Shown: piece by piece, positions 1-9,185 of the stretch
Layout: each line of letters begins with the position of its first letter
Position numbering within the stretch: position 1 is the stretch's first letter
From: Candidatus Nomurabacteria bacterium
GTDB lineage: Bacteria; Patescibacteriota; Minisyncoccia; Phycocordibacterales; UBA918
DNA length: 64,000 bases
NCBI GenBank assembly: GCA_023898565.1
Contig: CP060228.1
Location: forward strand, 368,594-432,593
Direction of reading: 5' to 3'
Made by a program: the position numbers and the translations under genes
Notes under the pieces: generated by a model
What the model saw: the letters and a program-made list of their open reading frames with translations, nothing else
What the model was told of the DNA's origin: nothing
The model's database searches: none

Positions 1-99
1 TTCAATCTTTACGAGCGCATCATCCCAAAGCTGCTTTACATCTACTTGTTCGGTATGAACGATACTGTTGGTTGATGCTGTGTGTGAGATAGGGTTCAT
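1..99 (-). CDS. dnaA: Chromosomal replication initiator DnaA, N-terminal fragment (gene continues beyond window start)
   Basis: Reverse complement of 1-99 translates to MNPISHTASTNSIVHTEQVDVKQLWDDALVKIE, which resembles a DnaA N-terminus. It is divergent from rpmH-rnpA-yidC, the conserved origin-region arrangement. Confidence 0.45.
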   Translation of the reverse strand, partial: MNPISHTASTNSIVHTEQVDVKQLWDDALVKIE

Positions 100-315
100 A
101 ATCTAGGTGAATCGAACGGTGATTTGCATTATACCGCCGTGTGAAAAACTGTAAACAAGTTGACGAAAATATTTACCAATCAAAGCACATTTTTTGTTTC
201 AAAAAATGCAACTGTGTATAACTTGTGTATAAGAAGGTGTTAGATTTTTAAGAAATCTCTTCCCTATTGAAATATTTATATATTCCTGTATAGTTCTCGT
301 TACTAAAACACAGTT
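100..315. promoter_or_regulatory. Putative oriC / DnaA-box region between dnaA and rpmH
   Basis: AT-rich intergenic region with two tandem TGTGTATAA repeats at 214-222 and 225-233, one mismatch from the DnaA box TGTGGATAA. An AT-rich tract at 271-295 could be an unwinding element. The position between dnaA and rpmH is the classic origin location. Confidence 0.35.
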
Positions 316-465
316 ATGTCAAAAAGAACCTATCAACCAAGTAAGCGCAAGCGAGCAACAACCCACGGTTTTTTGGTGCGTTCAGCATCACCGACTGGTC
401 GCAAGATTATCCGTGCTCGTCGTCGTAAGGGCCGCGCACAACTTACTGTAAAAAAAGCTCGTTAG
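316..465 (+). CDS. rpmH: 50S ribosomal protein L34
   Basis: Translates to [49 protein letters not shown], a canonical L34. It is absent from the ORF track because it is under 60 aa. Confidence 0.9.
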   Translation: MSKRTYQPSKRKRATTHGFLVRSASPTGRKIIRARRRKGRAQLTVKKAR

Positions 466-491
466 AGCTTTTTTTGTTAGACTAGTGAGAT

Positions 492-812
492 ATGTTTAAA
501 AAGCGCGAACGATTAACAAGGTCTGAATTTCAGGAGTATTTTAGGACGGGTACTAGACATCACAGTAAGCATGTAACACTCATCACCGCCACTTCATCTA
601 AAAGAAAAGTGGCGGTTGTAGTTGGTAAAAAAGTCGCCAAGAGTGCAGTAAAGCGGAATCTATACAAACGTAGGATTTTTGGGGTGTTACAAACTATCCC
701 CTGCACTGGAGTGTTGATTGTGATTGTAAAACCAACGTTTGCTACATTATCGCGCAAAACAGCAGCTGTAGTGCTAACGACTGAGGTTGCTCGGGTGTGT
801 AAAAGTGCGTAG
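492..812 (+). CDS. rnpA: Ribonuclease P protein component
   Basis: 106 aa basic protein with RnpA-like sequence (ERLTRSEFQEYF, KRNLYKRRIF), directly downstream of rpmH. Confidence 0.8.
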   Translation: MFKKRERLTRSEFQEYFRTGTRHHSKHVTLITATSSKRKVAVVVGKKVAKSAVKRNLYKRRIFGVLQTIPCTGVLIVIVKPTFATLSRKTAAVVLTTEVARVCKSA

Positions 813-824
813 AATAAGCCCACT

Positions 825-1553
825 ATGTTCAGTTTTATTTGGCACACGTTTTTCTTTGACCCGATTTATAACGCGCTGGTCTTTTTTATTGATGTTATTC
901 CTGGCGGTGACGTCGGTCTCGCTATTATTTTGACGGTACTTTTAGTAAAGACTATTCTCCTCCCTCTCTCGATTAAAGCTGCTAAAACCCAGCGAATTGT
1001 ACGTGAGATTGAGCCAAAATTGAAAGAGCTCAAAGAAAAGCATAAAGATGATAAACAACAGCAAGCGCAAGCAATGATGCTGGTTTATAAGGAAGCAGGA
1101 ATGAATCCATTTGCGAGTATTGCGCTAGTATTTTTACAGATTCCAATTGTGATTGCTTTGTATTTAGCAGTGTCTCGTGGTGGCGGGGTGCTTCTACCAG
1201 ATATTAACCTAGCGATACTCTATCCTTTTGTGGCGGCACCGCTTGAGGTGACGATGCATTTTCTTAACCTGATAGATATTACCGAGCGAAGTCTATTTTT
1301 GGCGATTGGAGCTGGTGTTACACAGTATGTATATGTTCATCTCACTATGCCCAAGCTTCCGCCGCGAGAAGCAGGTAAGGTGCTTGATATGAAAGAGGAG
1401 TTCATGCGGAATATGCAAACACAAATGAAGTATGTCATGCCATTTTTGATTGTGTTTATCTCGTACTCAATTTCTGCTGCAATTGCGCTCTACTTTATGG
1501 TGAGTAATCTAGTATCAATTGGACAAGAATATTTTGTGCGTAAACACCGGTAG
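825..1553 (+). CDS. yidC: Membrane protein insertase YidC/Oxa1 (short form)
   Basis: Multi-TM protein in the conserved rpmH-rnpA-yidC order. It has the YidC-like amphipathic and charged loop KLKELKEKHKDDKQQQAQAMMLVYKEAGMNP. Confidence 0.8.
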   Translation: MFSFIWHTFFFDPIYNALVFFIDVIPGGDVGLAIILTVLLVKTILLPLSIKAAKTQRIVREIEPKLKELKEKHKDDKQQQAQAMMLVYKEAGMNPFASIALVFLQIPIVIALYLAVSRGGGVLLPDINLAILYPFVAAPLEVTMHFLNLIDITERSLFLAIGAGVTQYVYVHLTMPKLPPREAGKVLDMKEEFMRNMQTQMKYVMPFLIVFISYSISAAIALYFMVSNLVSIGQEYFVRKHR

Positions 1554-1572
1554 TTTTGAGTCAGATTAAAGC

Positions 1573-1604
1573 AAAAAAACACCACCAGAAGGTGGTGTTT
1601 TTTA
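1573..1604. terminator. Bidirectional intrinsic terminator hairpin (acaccacc-agaa-ggtggtgt) flanked by A/T runs
   Basis: Perfect 8-bp stem with A-run and T-run flanks, between convergent yidC and the pilin-like gene. Confidence 0.5.
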
Positions 1605-1608
1605 AAAT

Positions 1609-2349
1609 CTAAATTGCATCGTAATAGCAGAAATTACGACCAGTGGTTGCGTCCGTAAAAAAGACTCCATTAAGTGTGCTTAAACTGCTGGTGCAGTGTG
1701 ATTTTGCAGCACTAAGTTCCATTGTTCCATAGTCATCTTTGATATTTTTTCCAGCAGGCCAGCTAAGACATACTGATCCATTTGGTCCAGAGTATAATTT
1801 TTGTTGTGGCGAGAGTGATGAAATTTTTGCTGGGCAAGAGTTGCTGAATAGTATTTGTTGCTCATTTCCAGCTGATGCAGGCATGGTTTTTGCAGTGACT
1901 CCTGAGGTCGGTGTGGTGGTGGTTATTTTGCTGGTATCAAGGGTTGTTGGAGTGGCTGCTGATCCAGAGTATGTTTTGTTTTTTAGGTGGTCAAAAGTTA
2001 GATTAACATTGGCTGTGTCAGGGTTTACTACGGTTAGAATCAAGACTGCTGCAAGAACCAGCAAGAGTCCAATTAGTGCCCCTTGAATATCCTTCTTTGC
2101 TTCCCCTTTTGAGGTTACTACATCAGTCATCATCCACTTCACTCCAGCGATGATAATCTTAATTACAGCTAGTAGAGCGGCAATGGTGATTGAAAATACA
2201 TAGAGCGCATTAATGTAGCTGTCAAAATCATTGTTTGCATCAACACCAGGAATACCAACAAGTGGGCGGTATACTGTCGGTTCAGCAGCAAAAATGGTGA
2301 GCGGTAAGCTAAGTAGTGCAGTGGCAGTGAGAGTGAATACTTTTTTCAT
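1609..2349 (-). CDS. T4SS pilin-like protein (VirB2/TrbC topology) fused to a Thr-rich linker and a Cys-containing C-terminal domain
   Basis: Signal peptide, then two hydrophobic helices separated by a charged loop (ALYVFSITIAALLAVIKIIIAGVKWMM / TDVVTSKGEAKKDIQ / GALIGLLLVLAAVLILTVV). This is classic VirB2/TrbC pilin architecture. It is followed by a TTTTPT linker and a ~110 aa domain with 4 Cys. Confidence 0.45.
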   Translation of the reverse strand: MKKVFTLTATALLSLPLTIFAAEPTVYRPLVGIPGVDANNDFDSYINALYVFSITIAALLAVIKIIIAGVKWMMTDVVTSKGEAKKDIQGALIGLLLVLAAVLILTVVNPDTANVNLTFDHLKNKTYSGSAATPTTLDTSKITTTTPTSGVTAKTMPASAGNEQQILFSNSCPAKISSLSPQQKLYSGPNGSVCLSWPAGKNIKDDYGTMELSAAKSHCTSSLSTLNGVFFTDATTGRNFCYYDAI

Positions 2350-2359
2350 ATGTAATTGA

Positions 2360-3538
2360 CTATTGCTCGTTACTAAACATCCATAAGTTACCTGTCGCTG
2401 TGTTGGTAAAGTAAATATGAGTGTCGTCTAGATTTGGCACTATCTCCGAGACTTCAATATTTCGTCCAGTTTCTGAACTAATGTCAACCAATTGCGTAAA
2501 TACAGCATTCTCTAAATCAAAGCTCCAGAGATTATCACTGAAGGTTGCTTCACCTTTGTACCAAAGATCAGGCATCTGATTTGAGTTTACATCACTGCTA
2601 CTACCACAAATCAATGCTGTAGTGGTGTACAGCGGCGAACATTTTTCAGGGATAGTACTGAGGAAAATATTGTTTGTCTCTCCAGTCTCTTCATTATACA
2701 AGTATGTATTGTAGCTGCCTTTTTCTTGCTTGCTGTACAACACACCAACACTGTTTCCTGTAGCTGAAATTCCGTAGCCAGCAGCTGGTAAGCGATGTAG
2801 TACACCATTTTTGCTGGCGTACACATACCCCTCAAATTGATTGGTTGCCTTTGGGTACACATAATGAGTTTCGTCCGCAGTTGATCCCCAATCAATAACA
2901 GCTTCTCTAAATGGAACAGTAAAGAGTGTCTTGGCTGTATCGCTTACAGGGTCATATTCTTTTGCGATTACAGTAGCGTTTGTTTTAACTGCGTACAAAA
3001 ATGTGTTATTGGTGGTAACACTGAAGTCTATAATTGGTTCAGTAATAGCTTTAGTCTCAAGTTGATCGGTTGAGCTGCTTAGGGTTCCAATTACAAAATC
3101 TGCACCAATTCCACTACCAGACTGGACAAGTACGTATAATCCGTTAGGCGTAATCGCAGCTTTGAAACTTGAAGGAATAGTGGTAGCTGAGATGCGCTTT
3201 TCCTCCCCTGTTTCAAGATTTAGAGCAAATATGTATCCGGTTCCGGCTGCTACGTAGTATACCGACGGCGATGAGCTCGCATTTTTTTTAACTTCCTGAT
3301 ATCCCACTACTGGTGTGGTGGTTAGTTGACGAAGTCGTTCAGGACCTTCGATATCAACGACAGGTTGTTCGTCATTTTGTATTGGTTCGTATGAGTTACT
3401 GGTGGTATCTCCTAAGTCAATAGTAGTGTAGGTATCATCAGTGCTGTTTGGGTTGCTAAAGAGAATAATGTACACCCAAACTCCTAGTAAAATAAGTACA
3501 ATGATTGCTCCAATAATGATGAAAAGTGGCCGTTTCAT
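2360..3538 (-). CDS. Membrane-anchored hypothetical protein (N-terminal TM, beta-rich extracytoplasmic domain)
   Basis: 392 aa ORF with an N-terminal TM helix and Ser/Thr/Gly/Tyr-rich repetitive beta-like sequence. It sits in the T4SS-like gene run. Confidence 0.5.
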   Translation of the reverse strand: MKRPLFIIIGAIIVLILLGVWVYIILFSNPNSTDDTYTTIDLGDTTSNSYEPIQNDEQPVVDIEGPERLRQLTTTPVVGYQEVKKNASSSPSVYYVAAGTGYIFALNLETGEEKRISATTIPSSFKAAITPNGLYVLVQSGSGIGADFVIGTLSSSTDQLETKAITEPIIDFSVTTNNTFLYAVKTNATVIAKEYDPVSDTAKTLFTVPFREAVIDWGSTADETHYVYPKATNQFEGYVYASKNGVLHRLPAAGYGISATGNSVGVLYSKQEKGSYNTYLYNEETGETNNIFLSTIPEKCSPLYTTTALICGSSSDVNSNQMPDLWYKGEATFSDNLWSFDLENAVFTQLVDISSETGRNIEVSEIVPNLDDTHIYFTNTATGNLWMFSNEQ

Positions 3539-3541
3539 AGA

Positions 3542-4510
3542 CTAGAAATTAACTTGGGTTGCACCTATCGCGCCTTGTAACACTTGGGTTGTATCTCGTA
3601 CATGGAAGCTGAGGTTGAGCACGCCACCAGATCCAGTGCGCTCTAATGTAACTTCGTAAGGGTTTCCTCCTCCAGTTTCAGCTATGGTATTCCCGAGCGT
3701 CCACTCAGTAATGGCAGGATTGTTATAAACCCTTGAGTCAAGGTAGTATGGCTCAGCTGCAACGACCAGGCTATTACCGATGAGTGAGATGCCTTCAGAA
3801 AGGGTTTTTTTACTCATACCAAAGAGAGCACTTACCTCATAGAAATGAATCTCTGGAGCAACTGAGGGGATTGAAATTGATCGGCTGGCAATGACACTGC
3901 CGTCAAGCGTAGCAACTTGGACACTGAGTGTTTCGTTGCTGTTGTTTGTGGTGGTAAATGAAACTTGATTGCGGCCACGGAGTGACCCCCCTTCTATAAC
4001 TTGTTGGCCAAATCGCCATGTGTAGATAAGGTCTGGGTTGCGAAAACCAGCGCCACTAATGAGTGCAGTAGCATTGACGGTGCTGCCAATGCTCGGTAGT
4101 GCTCGTCCAAGATAGTTTTCTGGAACGTGTGTTTGTGGCTCGATGATAATATCGAGGTAGATTGGCCGAATAACTGTCTGTAATGACTCTCGGCCACCGC
4201 CAGAGCGGGTTAAAATTACTTCAACTGATTGTGTTGTGCCGAGAGCGCCAGTCGTTACTTTCGCCTCGCGTTTATTTTCTGCCTCAGGAATAACTCTGCC
4301 GTCTAATACCCAGGTGATGTTTGCGCCGTAGCTACTTCCTCGGTAATCATTAATTGATAGTGTCACCTCTTCTCCTGGTGCTGGATATTTTGGTTGTATT
4401 TCAATACCAAATTCTGGTTGAGTGAAGGTGTTGTTGCTACTAAACTGCGCTGAAGCTGGAATGGCAGCAAGGCTTAAAATAAATATAAAAGTGGTGACGA
4501 TTGTCCGCAT
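3542..4510 (-). CDS. Secreted hypothetical protein
   Basis: 322 aa ORF with signal peptide MRTIVTTFIFILSLAAIPASA. No recognisable catalytic motifs. Confidence 0.5.
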   Translation of the reverse strand: MRTIVTTFIFILSLAAIPASAQFSSNNTFTQPEFGIEIQPKYPAPGEEVTLSINDYRGSSYGANITWVLDGRVIPEAENKREAKVTTGALGTTQSVEVILTRSGGGRESLQTVIRPIYLDIIIEPQTHVPENYLGRALPSIGSTVNATALISGAGFRNPDLIYTWRFGQQVIEGGSLRGRNQVSFTTTNNSNETLSVQVATLDGSVIASRSISIPSVAPEIHFYEVSALFGMSKKTLSEGISLIGNSLVVAAEPYYLDSRVYNNPAITEWTLGNTIAETGGGNPYEVTLERTGSGGVLNLSFHVRDTTQVLQGAIGATQVNF

Positions 4511-4643
4511 ATTAGTAATAATAACAGACGTGAATATGGTTTTGCGTGTTTAATAACCATATTATGTGGGGAAAGTAATCGGGTATATATTCTGTATAAA
4601 CAGCCTATTTTTTGAGGATAGACTGTGGAAATGGTGTGGAATA

Positions 4644-5654
4644 CTATTTTGGATTCTTCCAGACCGCTAATGTCCAGAAAATTGCCCACGGGAGTAGGTT
4701 GAAGATTGGTATTGACAGGCCGATGAATGCTAAAAGCAGCATGATTGGTTTCTGTCCCGAATTTCGCCCAAAAATCGGATTTATGAAAGTGAATTTATAA
4801 ATGAAGTATATAATCAAAAGTTGCAGGAGGAAGAGTCCTAGAAAAAGTCCGTATACTGCAAAAAACATACCTCCTGGGTGTAGATTTCCTAGATCAAATC
4901 CAAAAAATGTTTCACTAATGTAGTTTATTACTTCAAAAATGCTACTAAACACTTTTTTTGCCATGTTGAGTAATGTCACACCAAACCCTCCCGCTTTTTC
5001 TGATTCTACGCTACCGCTGCCAAAGATACTATCAACAGCAATACCAACTCCAAAAAAGACGGCAAGTAAAATACCAAGCGGAAGTTGTATAAAGATGTAG
5101 GCCGGAATCGACCATGACCAGATACTGTATGTTACTGTTGTGGCTTTGAGTTGTTTTGCGCTACGACGAAGAGTACTTGGTTTTCCGACGTGCCGCATTT
5201 GTTGTAGTTTTTTTAAACTACTCTTTCTGCGTGGCTGTGCAAATTCCTCTTCTTCAATGAAGGGTCGTTCTTCTTCAGGTGAGAGCTCTGGTGTTGGTGT
5301 GGCGTTTTGTGTCTCTCCAAGCTGAGTTGGCTGCATGCCTTTAGTGGCGTACTCAGCGATGAAGGCCTCATCAACTGTTTTCCGGTCGCTTCCCCGCTGG
5401 TTTCTTGGTGCACCAGGCATTGCAGAGGTACGAACGTTCTTCGTGATATTCCTTTGCAGAAGATCGCTACGGTCAGCTGAAGTACGTCTTACGCTGCCAG
5501 GCGACGGAACAGTGTTTTTGTTTTGAGTGCTAACATTTCGAATTGTTGATGATTGCCTTGCTAGGCCAATTTTGGTACCGAACTTTGCATCATTAACAGC
5601 TCCGCTAGTAGAGGTTTTTTCTACATTTCTAATTGCGTTTTCGCCAGCTGCCAT
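4644..5654 (-). CDS. Hypothetical polytopic membrane protein (disordered basic N-terminus, ~4 TM C-terminus)
   Basis: 336 aa ORF with a low-complexity Ser/Arg/Thr-rich N-terminal half and a hydrophobic multi-TM C-terminal half. It lies in the T4SS-like cluster. Confidence 0.45.
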   Translation of the reverse strand: MAAGENAIRNVEKTSTSGAVNDAKFGTKIGLARQSSTIRNVSTQNKNTVPSPGSVRRTSADRSDLLQRNITKNVRTSAMPGAPRNQRGSDRKTVDEAFIAEYATKGMQPTQLGETQNATPTPELSPEEERPFIEEEEFAQPRRKSSLKKLQQMRHVGKPSTLRRSAKQLKATTVTYSIWSWSIPAYIFIQLPLGILLAVFFGVGIAVDSIFGSGSVESEKAGGFGVTLLNMAKKVFSSIFEVINYISETFFGFDLGNLHPGGMFFAVYGLFLGLFLLQLLIIYFIYKFTFINPIFGRNSGQKPIMLLLAFIGLSIPIFNLLPWAIFWTLAVWKNPK

Positions 5655-5669
5655 ATTAGTAGCAGTATA

Positions 5670-7466
5670 CTACATTCGTGAAGCTTGCAGTTCTTCTCGA
5701 GCACGCTTAATTTGGAGGAGTTGCGATGGATCTGAGGTGATGATTTGATCTTCAGTGTACGACGCTATCACTTTTAATGCTACGTGTTTTAAGCCTGCAA
5801 AGAAGATACCCTCCCCTACGTTTGATTCTAAAAGCAAGAACTTTTCCTCGTCAGTGAGATTGAATGTTTTTTGAATATTATCAATCGCGGTTGGTGACTG
5901 CTTCATTAAGAACTGGATTGAAGAGTTGGTGATCATCGGCACTCCATATGGTGAGCGAAGGAAGTCGTCCACATCCTGGGTTATGGTGGCGATACCGAGA
6001 TAGTATTTTCGACCACGTTTCGCAAGAGAGAAGAGGAATGAAGCGGTGTCTTCGGATTTCATCATCCACCATGCCTCATCGATTACCATGAGACGTCTTG
6101 CAACGCGCCGTCTGATTGAGCTCCAAATGAAGTTGGTAATGATATACATCGCGATGGTTTTTAGCTCATCTTCCATGTCACGGAGAGAAAACACTACAAA
6201 CTTTTGGTTGATGTCGACGTTGGTTGGCTTATTCATGAAGCCGGCCCAAGTACCCGAAGTATACTTTTGCAGTCGGGTGATAAGTGAAGAGCTGCCGTCC
6301 ATACCAGCTAATACCATTTCGAAGTCAGTCAAAAGCGGTGGTTCCATGTCTCCAAAGTCAGCATCACCGGTGATGTCTTTGAGGGCGTATGTTTCTTGAA
6401 TGGCAAGATCGATTAACGTTTCTTCTTCTGGAGTGAGGCCGCCGAGCATAAGACGGAAAAGGCCTACTAGTTCAATCACATGAGTACGCAGCACATCGTG
6501 CGGATCCTCGTCCTCACTTGGCGGTGGTAGGTCAAATGGATTTACATGGTGGTTTGAAGAGAGTGAAATATTAAAGAAACGACCGCCAGTCGCGTCAGCT
6601 AAATATTCATATTCTCTTTCTGGGTCGAGCACAATAACCTCGGTCCCAAACATAAGCGAACGAAGGATTTCGAGTTTAAGGCCGTATGACTTCCCTGCTC
6701 CAGAGGTGGCGAAAGTCACTGAGTTATAGTTGGTAAGACTGTAGCGGTCGAAAAGTACGAGCGAAGAGTTGTGGCGGTTAATGCCGTACAAAATGCCAGT
6801 GTCCGCGGTTAGGTCGAATGAAGTAAATGGGAAAAAACTTGAAAGTGGTTCTGAGTTGAATTTGCTATGCACCAACAGTTCATCATTGGCGAGCGGCAAA
6901 ATACTCTTGAGTCCTTGCTCTTGTTGGAATAGAGCTGGTTTTACTGCTACGAGACGTGAGTCAAGGATGCCGCGAATTTCATTTTCTACTTTATTGATTT
7001 CGCTTTCGTTTTCGCCGTAAATAGAAAGATAGAAACCAACGTTAAAAAGCCGCTCTTCCGCTTGTTGTAGTTTATCGCGCAGATCTTCTAGGTTGCGATA
7101 CGCTGCTTCAAGTTGCGGGTCGCGTACTTCCCCTTTTTCAGCTTTGATATTGATTTGGCTCTGTACTTCGGCTACTTTCTTTTGGAATTTTTTGAGCGTT
7201 TCAGCTGTGTCGATGGGGTGTACGAAGATTGATACATCTAATTCTTTGGCTAGGTTTAGGACTGGTTCAATCCAGCCATCATTTAGAAAACGCGGGTATG
7301 AAACAGCATAATACACACGAGCATTAATGCCGCTGATGTTAATGCTGCGGGGAGTGATGCTGATTGCTGACGGTGCGATGATGTCGGTTAGAGTGAGTAG
7401 CTGATCGCTCACTTTCTCCTCATTGTTTCCGGTTGATTTTGGTTGTAGTGAATCTAAAAGGCCCAT
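5670..7466 (-). CDS. virB4: VirB4/TrbE/TraC-family conjugal-transfer ATPase (C-terminal 598 aa, contains the ATPase domain)
   Basis: Walker A FATSGAGKSY and Walker B RLMVIDEAWWMM. The overall sequence pattern is that of VirB4/CagE/TrbE ATPases. Confidence 0.8.
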   Translation of the reverse strand: MGLLDSLQPKSTGNNEEKVSDQLLTLTDIIAPSAISITPRSINISGINARVYYAVSYPRFLNDGWIEPVLNLAKELDVSIFVHPIDTAETLKKFQKKVAEVQSQINIKAEKGEVRDPQLEAAYRNLEDLRDKLQQAEERLFNVGFYLSIYGENESEINKVENEIRGILDSRLVAVKPALFQQEQGLKSILPLANDELLVHSKFNSEPLSSFFPFTSFDLTADTGILYGINRHNSSLVLFDRYSLTNYNSVTFATSGAGKSYGLKLEILRSLMFGTEVIVLDPEREYEYLADATGGRFFNISLSSNHHVNPFDLPPPSEDEDPHDVLRTHVIELVGLFRLMLGGLTPEEETLIDLAIQETYALKDITGDADFGDMEPPLLTDFEMVLAGMDGSSSLITRLQKYTSGTWAGFMNKPTNVDINQKFVVFSLRDMEDELKTIAMYIITNFIWSSIRRRVARRLMVIDEAWWMMKSEDTASFLFSLAKRGRKYYLGIATITQDVDDFLRSPYGVPMITNSSIQFLMKQSPTAIDNIQKTFNLTDEEKFLLLESNVGEGIFFAGLKHVALKVIASYTEDQIITSDPSQLLQIKRAREELQASRM

Positions 7467-7475
7467 ATGTGTAGC

Positions 7476-8114
7476 TTAATTATCAATAACCGGTGCTGAT
7501 CCAGTCGGATCGCCTGGGTTGTAGAGGTGGTAATAGAGTTCAACGAGGTCGTCTTTTTGTAGGGTGATAGTGCGGACGCCGACACGAGCGAGTCCTTCTG
7601 TTACCATGCCAACACGCTGTTCAAGTTGGATGCGATGTTCTTCAAATTGTGTATCGCTCGGGAGAGACGATCGATTTTGTCCAGGAGTGAAGAGGCTGGT
7701 GAGTCCTTTGGTAATACTTAACTTGGTTGGAGTATACGGCACAACCACAAAGAAGCTTTTGCTCATTACATCAACATCCTGTGTGAACGTGCGGATAAAC
7801 TCCATATACTCGCGAAGCTGCACGCGCATAAGGTCATTGTCCTGCCCTGCCTCCATTCCAGAGAGAAGGTCTAAATACGGCTCAATATTGAGACGGCGAG
7901 ATTGTACATAAATTTGTAGGGTAAAATCGAGGGTGTTGAGAAATTGTTGAAATTGCAACAAAATTACCTTTTGCTCATCGAGTGATTTAAGGGCGAAATT
8001 GACTGACGACGCCAAAAGCACCATATGCATCTGGCCATTCTTTTGCATCACCACATTATCGTTAATGTCGCGAATCGAAACAAAATCTTGAGTTGCTGCT
8101 TTTGGATTTGCCAT
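7476..8114 (-). CDS. VirB4 N-terminal region encoded as a separate 212 aa ORF
   Basis: The ORF is in the same frame as the 598 aa VirB4 ORF and separated from it only by TAA plus three codons. Together they total ~813 aa, a typical full-length VirB4. The sequence pattern fits VirB4 N-terminal regions; this is inference. Confidence 0.45.
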   Translation of the reverse strand: MANPKAATQDFVSIRDINDNVVMQKNGQMHMVLLASSVNFALKSLDEQKVILLQFQQFLNTLDFTLQIYVQSRRLNIEPYLDLLSGMEAGQDNDLMRVQLREYMEFIRTFTQDVDVMSKSFFVVVPYTPTKLSITKGLTSLFTPGQNRSSLPSDTQFEEHRIQLEQRVGMVTEGLARVGVRTITLQKDDLVELYYHLYNPGDPTGSAPVIDN

Positions 8115-8115
8115 A

Positions 8116-8529
8116 TTATTGTTCGGTCTTTTGGATTGCTTGTAATTCTAGTCGTCTCGCCAAAGAAGCGATGTTTTTCTTCTTTCCTGCACCGGCTGGT
8201 CCATCGCCGGTTGTTTGTGCTGCTGGTGCTGAATTTTTATGTACTACATCTTCATTGCGTCGCCAGAGGTATAGTTTTTGTTTGGTGATGTAGTTGAAGA
8301 GTGCTTCCAAGAAAAATGAGAAAGGGCGATTGTTAACAGGATAGAAAGAAAGTGCTCCAGACAACAGCGCGATTGGAATACCGAGTAGTGTAAACACTAC
8401 TAAGTTGGTGGTAATAAACAAAACTACTGCCATACCAAGTCCGCCACCGAGGTATAAGAATTGTCGCCAAGTAAGTGGGCCGAATATCTTGTCTTCTATT
8501 TCAATAAACTGTGGCACCTCAAAACGCAT
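8116..8529 (-). CDS. PrgI/VirB3-like small membrane protein
   Basis: 137 aa with N-terminal MRFEVPQFIEIEDKIFGPLTWRQFLYLGGG followed by two TM helices. This is the architecture of PrgI-family (VirB3-like) proteins, and it is immediately upstream of VirB4. Confidence 0.45.
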   Translation of the reverse strand: MRFEVPQFIEIEDKIFGPLTWRQFLYLGGGLGMAVVLFITTNLVVFTLLGIPIALLSGALSFYPVNNRPFSFFLEALFNYITKQKLYLWRRNEDVVHKNSAPAAQTTGDGPAGAGKKKNIASLARRLELQAIQKTEQ

Positions 8530-8715
8530 ACACCACCATTATACATGGTGGTGGTGCGTTGGTGTTATGTTGGTGTGCTTACTATCCCCATGAAGGAGCA
8601 CCATCTGTTCCTTCAGCCCACACTTCATAATTGTTCACACGTCCGATGTTTGCTGATTGATTCAGGCACTCATTCCCTGCGGACGCTCGCACTTATGAAG
8701 CGTGGGCTGAAGAGA

Positions 8716-9177
8716 TTAGCGCCCCGTTCGCCCTTCTTTTAGGATTGCTTCTTGAGTCGATGAGTAAACGGTCTCTTCGTTGCCTTGAAGCTTGGCTATA
8801 TCACCCGCCATGGTGCGGACTTGGGGATTTGGCTTTGCTGCTAGATTGCTGGGCTCTGGCGGTACTTGGTCTTTTGCTTCGGCAAGCATTTTCCCATCCA
8901 TGAAATCAATCAAGTCTCCGGTTATTTGTAGGGCTACTTGAGCAGTAACACCAACTTCTGCCTGGAGTGATTGTGGTAATTCAGAGCGGCGACGTAGGCC
9001 AAGCACCGTGTCGCCGGTGATTAACACCAAATGTGCAGTTTTCATATCTCCGAGCTGGTACTTTTTGGCAATAGTCTCTAAGCGCTGGCTACTTTCAGGT
9101 GAACTGCAGAGTTGTTTGGTTGACTCGGACGCTGCTTCATAGGCAGCGTCTCGTTGTTCGTTAGTGATTATTGGCAT
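8716..9177 (-). CDS. Hypothetical cytoplasmic protein in the T4SS-like cluster
   Basis: 153 aa ORF with no TM segments and no recognisable motifs. Confidence 0.4.
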   Translation of the reverse strand: MPIITNEQRDAAYEAASESTKQLCSSPESSQRLETIAKKYQLGDMKTAHLVLITGDTVLGLRRRSELPQSLQAEVGVTAQVALQITGDLIDFMDGKMLAEAKDQVPPEPSNLAAKPNPQVRTMAGDIAKLQGNEETVYSSTQEAILKEGRTGR

Positions 9178-9185
9178 GCTGGTTT

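Noticed and set aside
1739-2086. 115 aa plus-strand ORF antisense to the pilin-like gene, and similar antisense ORFs inside virB4, uvrD, pnp and other genes
   Set aside because: Each is embedded in a longer, motif-supported gene on the opposite strand.
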